A DNA stretch of 64,000 nucleotides from a virus (taxonomy: Duplodnaviria > Caudoviricetes), in the IMG/VR virus record IMGVR_UViG_2706795947_000001, positions 12,973 to 76,972 of that record; one strand, 5' to 3'. Position numbers and translations under genes: made by a program. Numbering within the stretch: position 1 is the stretch's first letter; each line of letters opens with the position of its first letter. The notes beneath the pieces were generated by a model. It was not told where the DNA came from, ran no database searches, and saw only the letters and a list, made by a program, of their open reading frames with translations. Below, in pieces: positions 63,940 to 64,000 of this stretch.

Positions 63940-64000
63940 CTTTGCCAGCGTGAATGTGGGATGCAACTTTGGAAAGGGTGTGTGCTAGCGTGAAGCTCTC

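Larger units (their letters stand above)
1..64000. mobile_element. Actinobacteriophage (siphovirus) genome segment, probably lytic; Gordonia/Rhodococcus CS-like
   Basis: Syntenic head-tail-lysis arm on + strand converging with a replication/accessory arm on - strand; lysin B and WhiB point to a mycolic-acid actinobacterial host; no integrase or repressor seen in the window. Confidence 0.93.

Overview
About 64 kb of a GC-rich, long-tailed (siphovirus-type) actinobacteriophage genome. From recalled gene content (tRNA-Asn, >3000-aa tape measure, split lysin A, beta clamp, AAA+VWA pair) it resembles Gordonia cluster CS / GTE7 / Rhodococcus ReqiDocB7-like phages; this is not database-checked. Left arm (+ strand, 1-28951): Mu-like head genes, tail genes with a -1 frameshifted chaperone, tRNA-Asn, a 3327-aa tape measure, minor tail proteins and a lysis cassette. 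Right arm (- strand, 28948-62221): Cas4-like nuclease, a WhiB-like gene missed by the ORF track (no canonical start), methyltransferase, lysin B, MazG-like protein, RusA, beta clamp, oligoribonuclease, SNF2 helicase, SSB-like protein, HNH, an AAA/VWA pair and many small genes. No terminase, portal, DNA polymerase, primase or integrase is seen in the window. The most striking part is the AT-richer non-coding end (62222-64000). It holds four near-perfect host IdeR/DtxR iron boxes, a ten-unit 19-bp phased array, about 14 copies of a TGGTAC(A/T)A motif that also lies in promoters elsewhere, and a densely hairpinned ~450-nt segment. With the WhiB-like, Cas4-like, MmpS-like and AAA/VWA genes, this suggests a hypothetical phage system that senses or hijacks host iron regulation.
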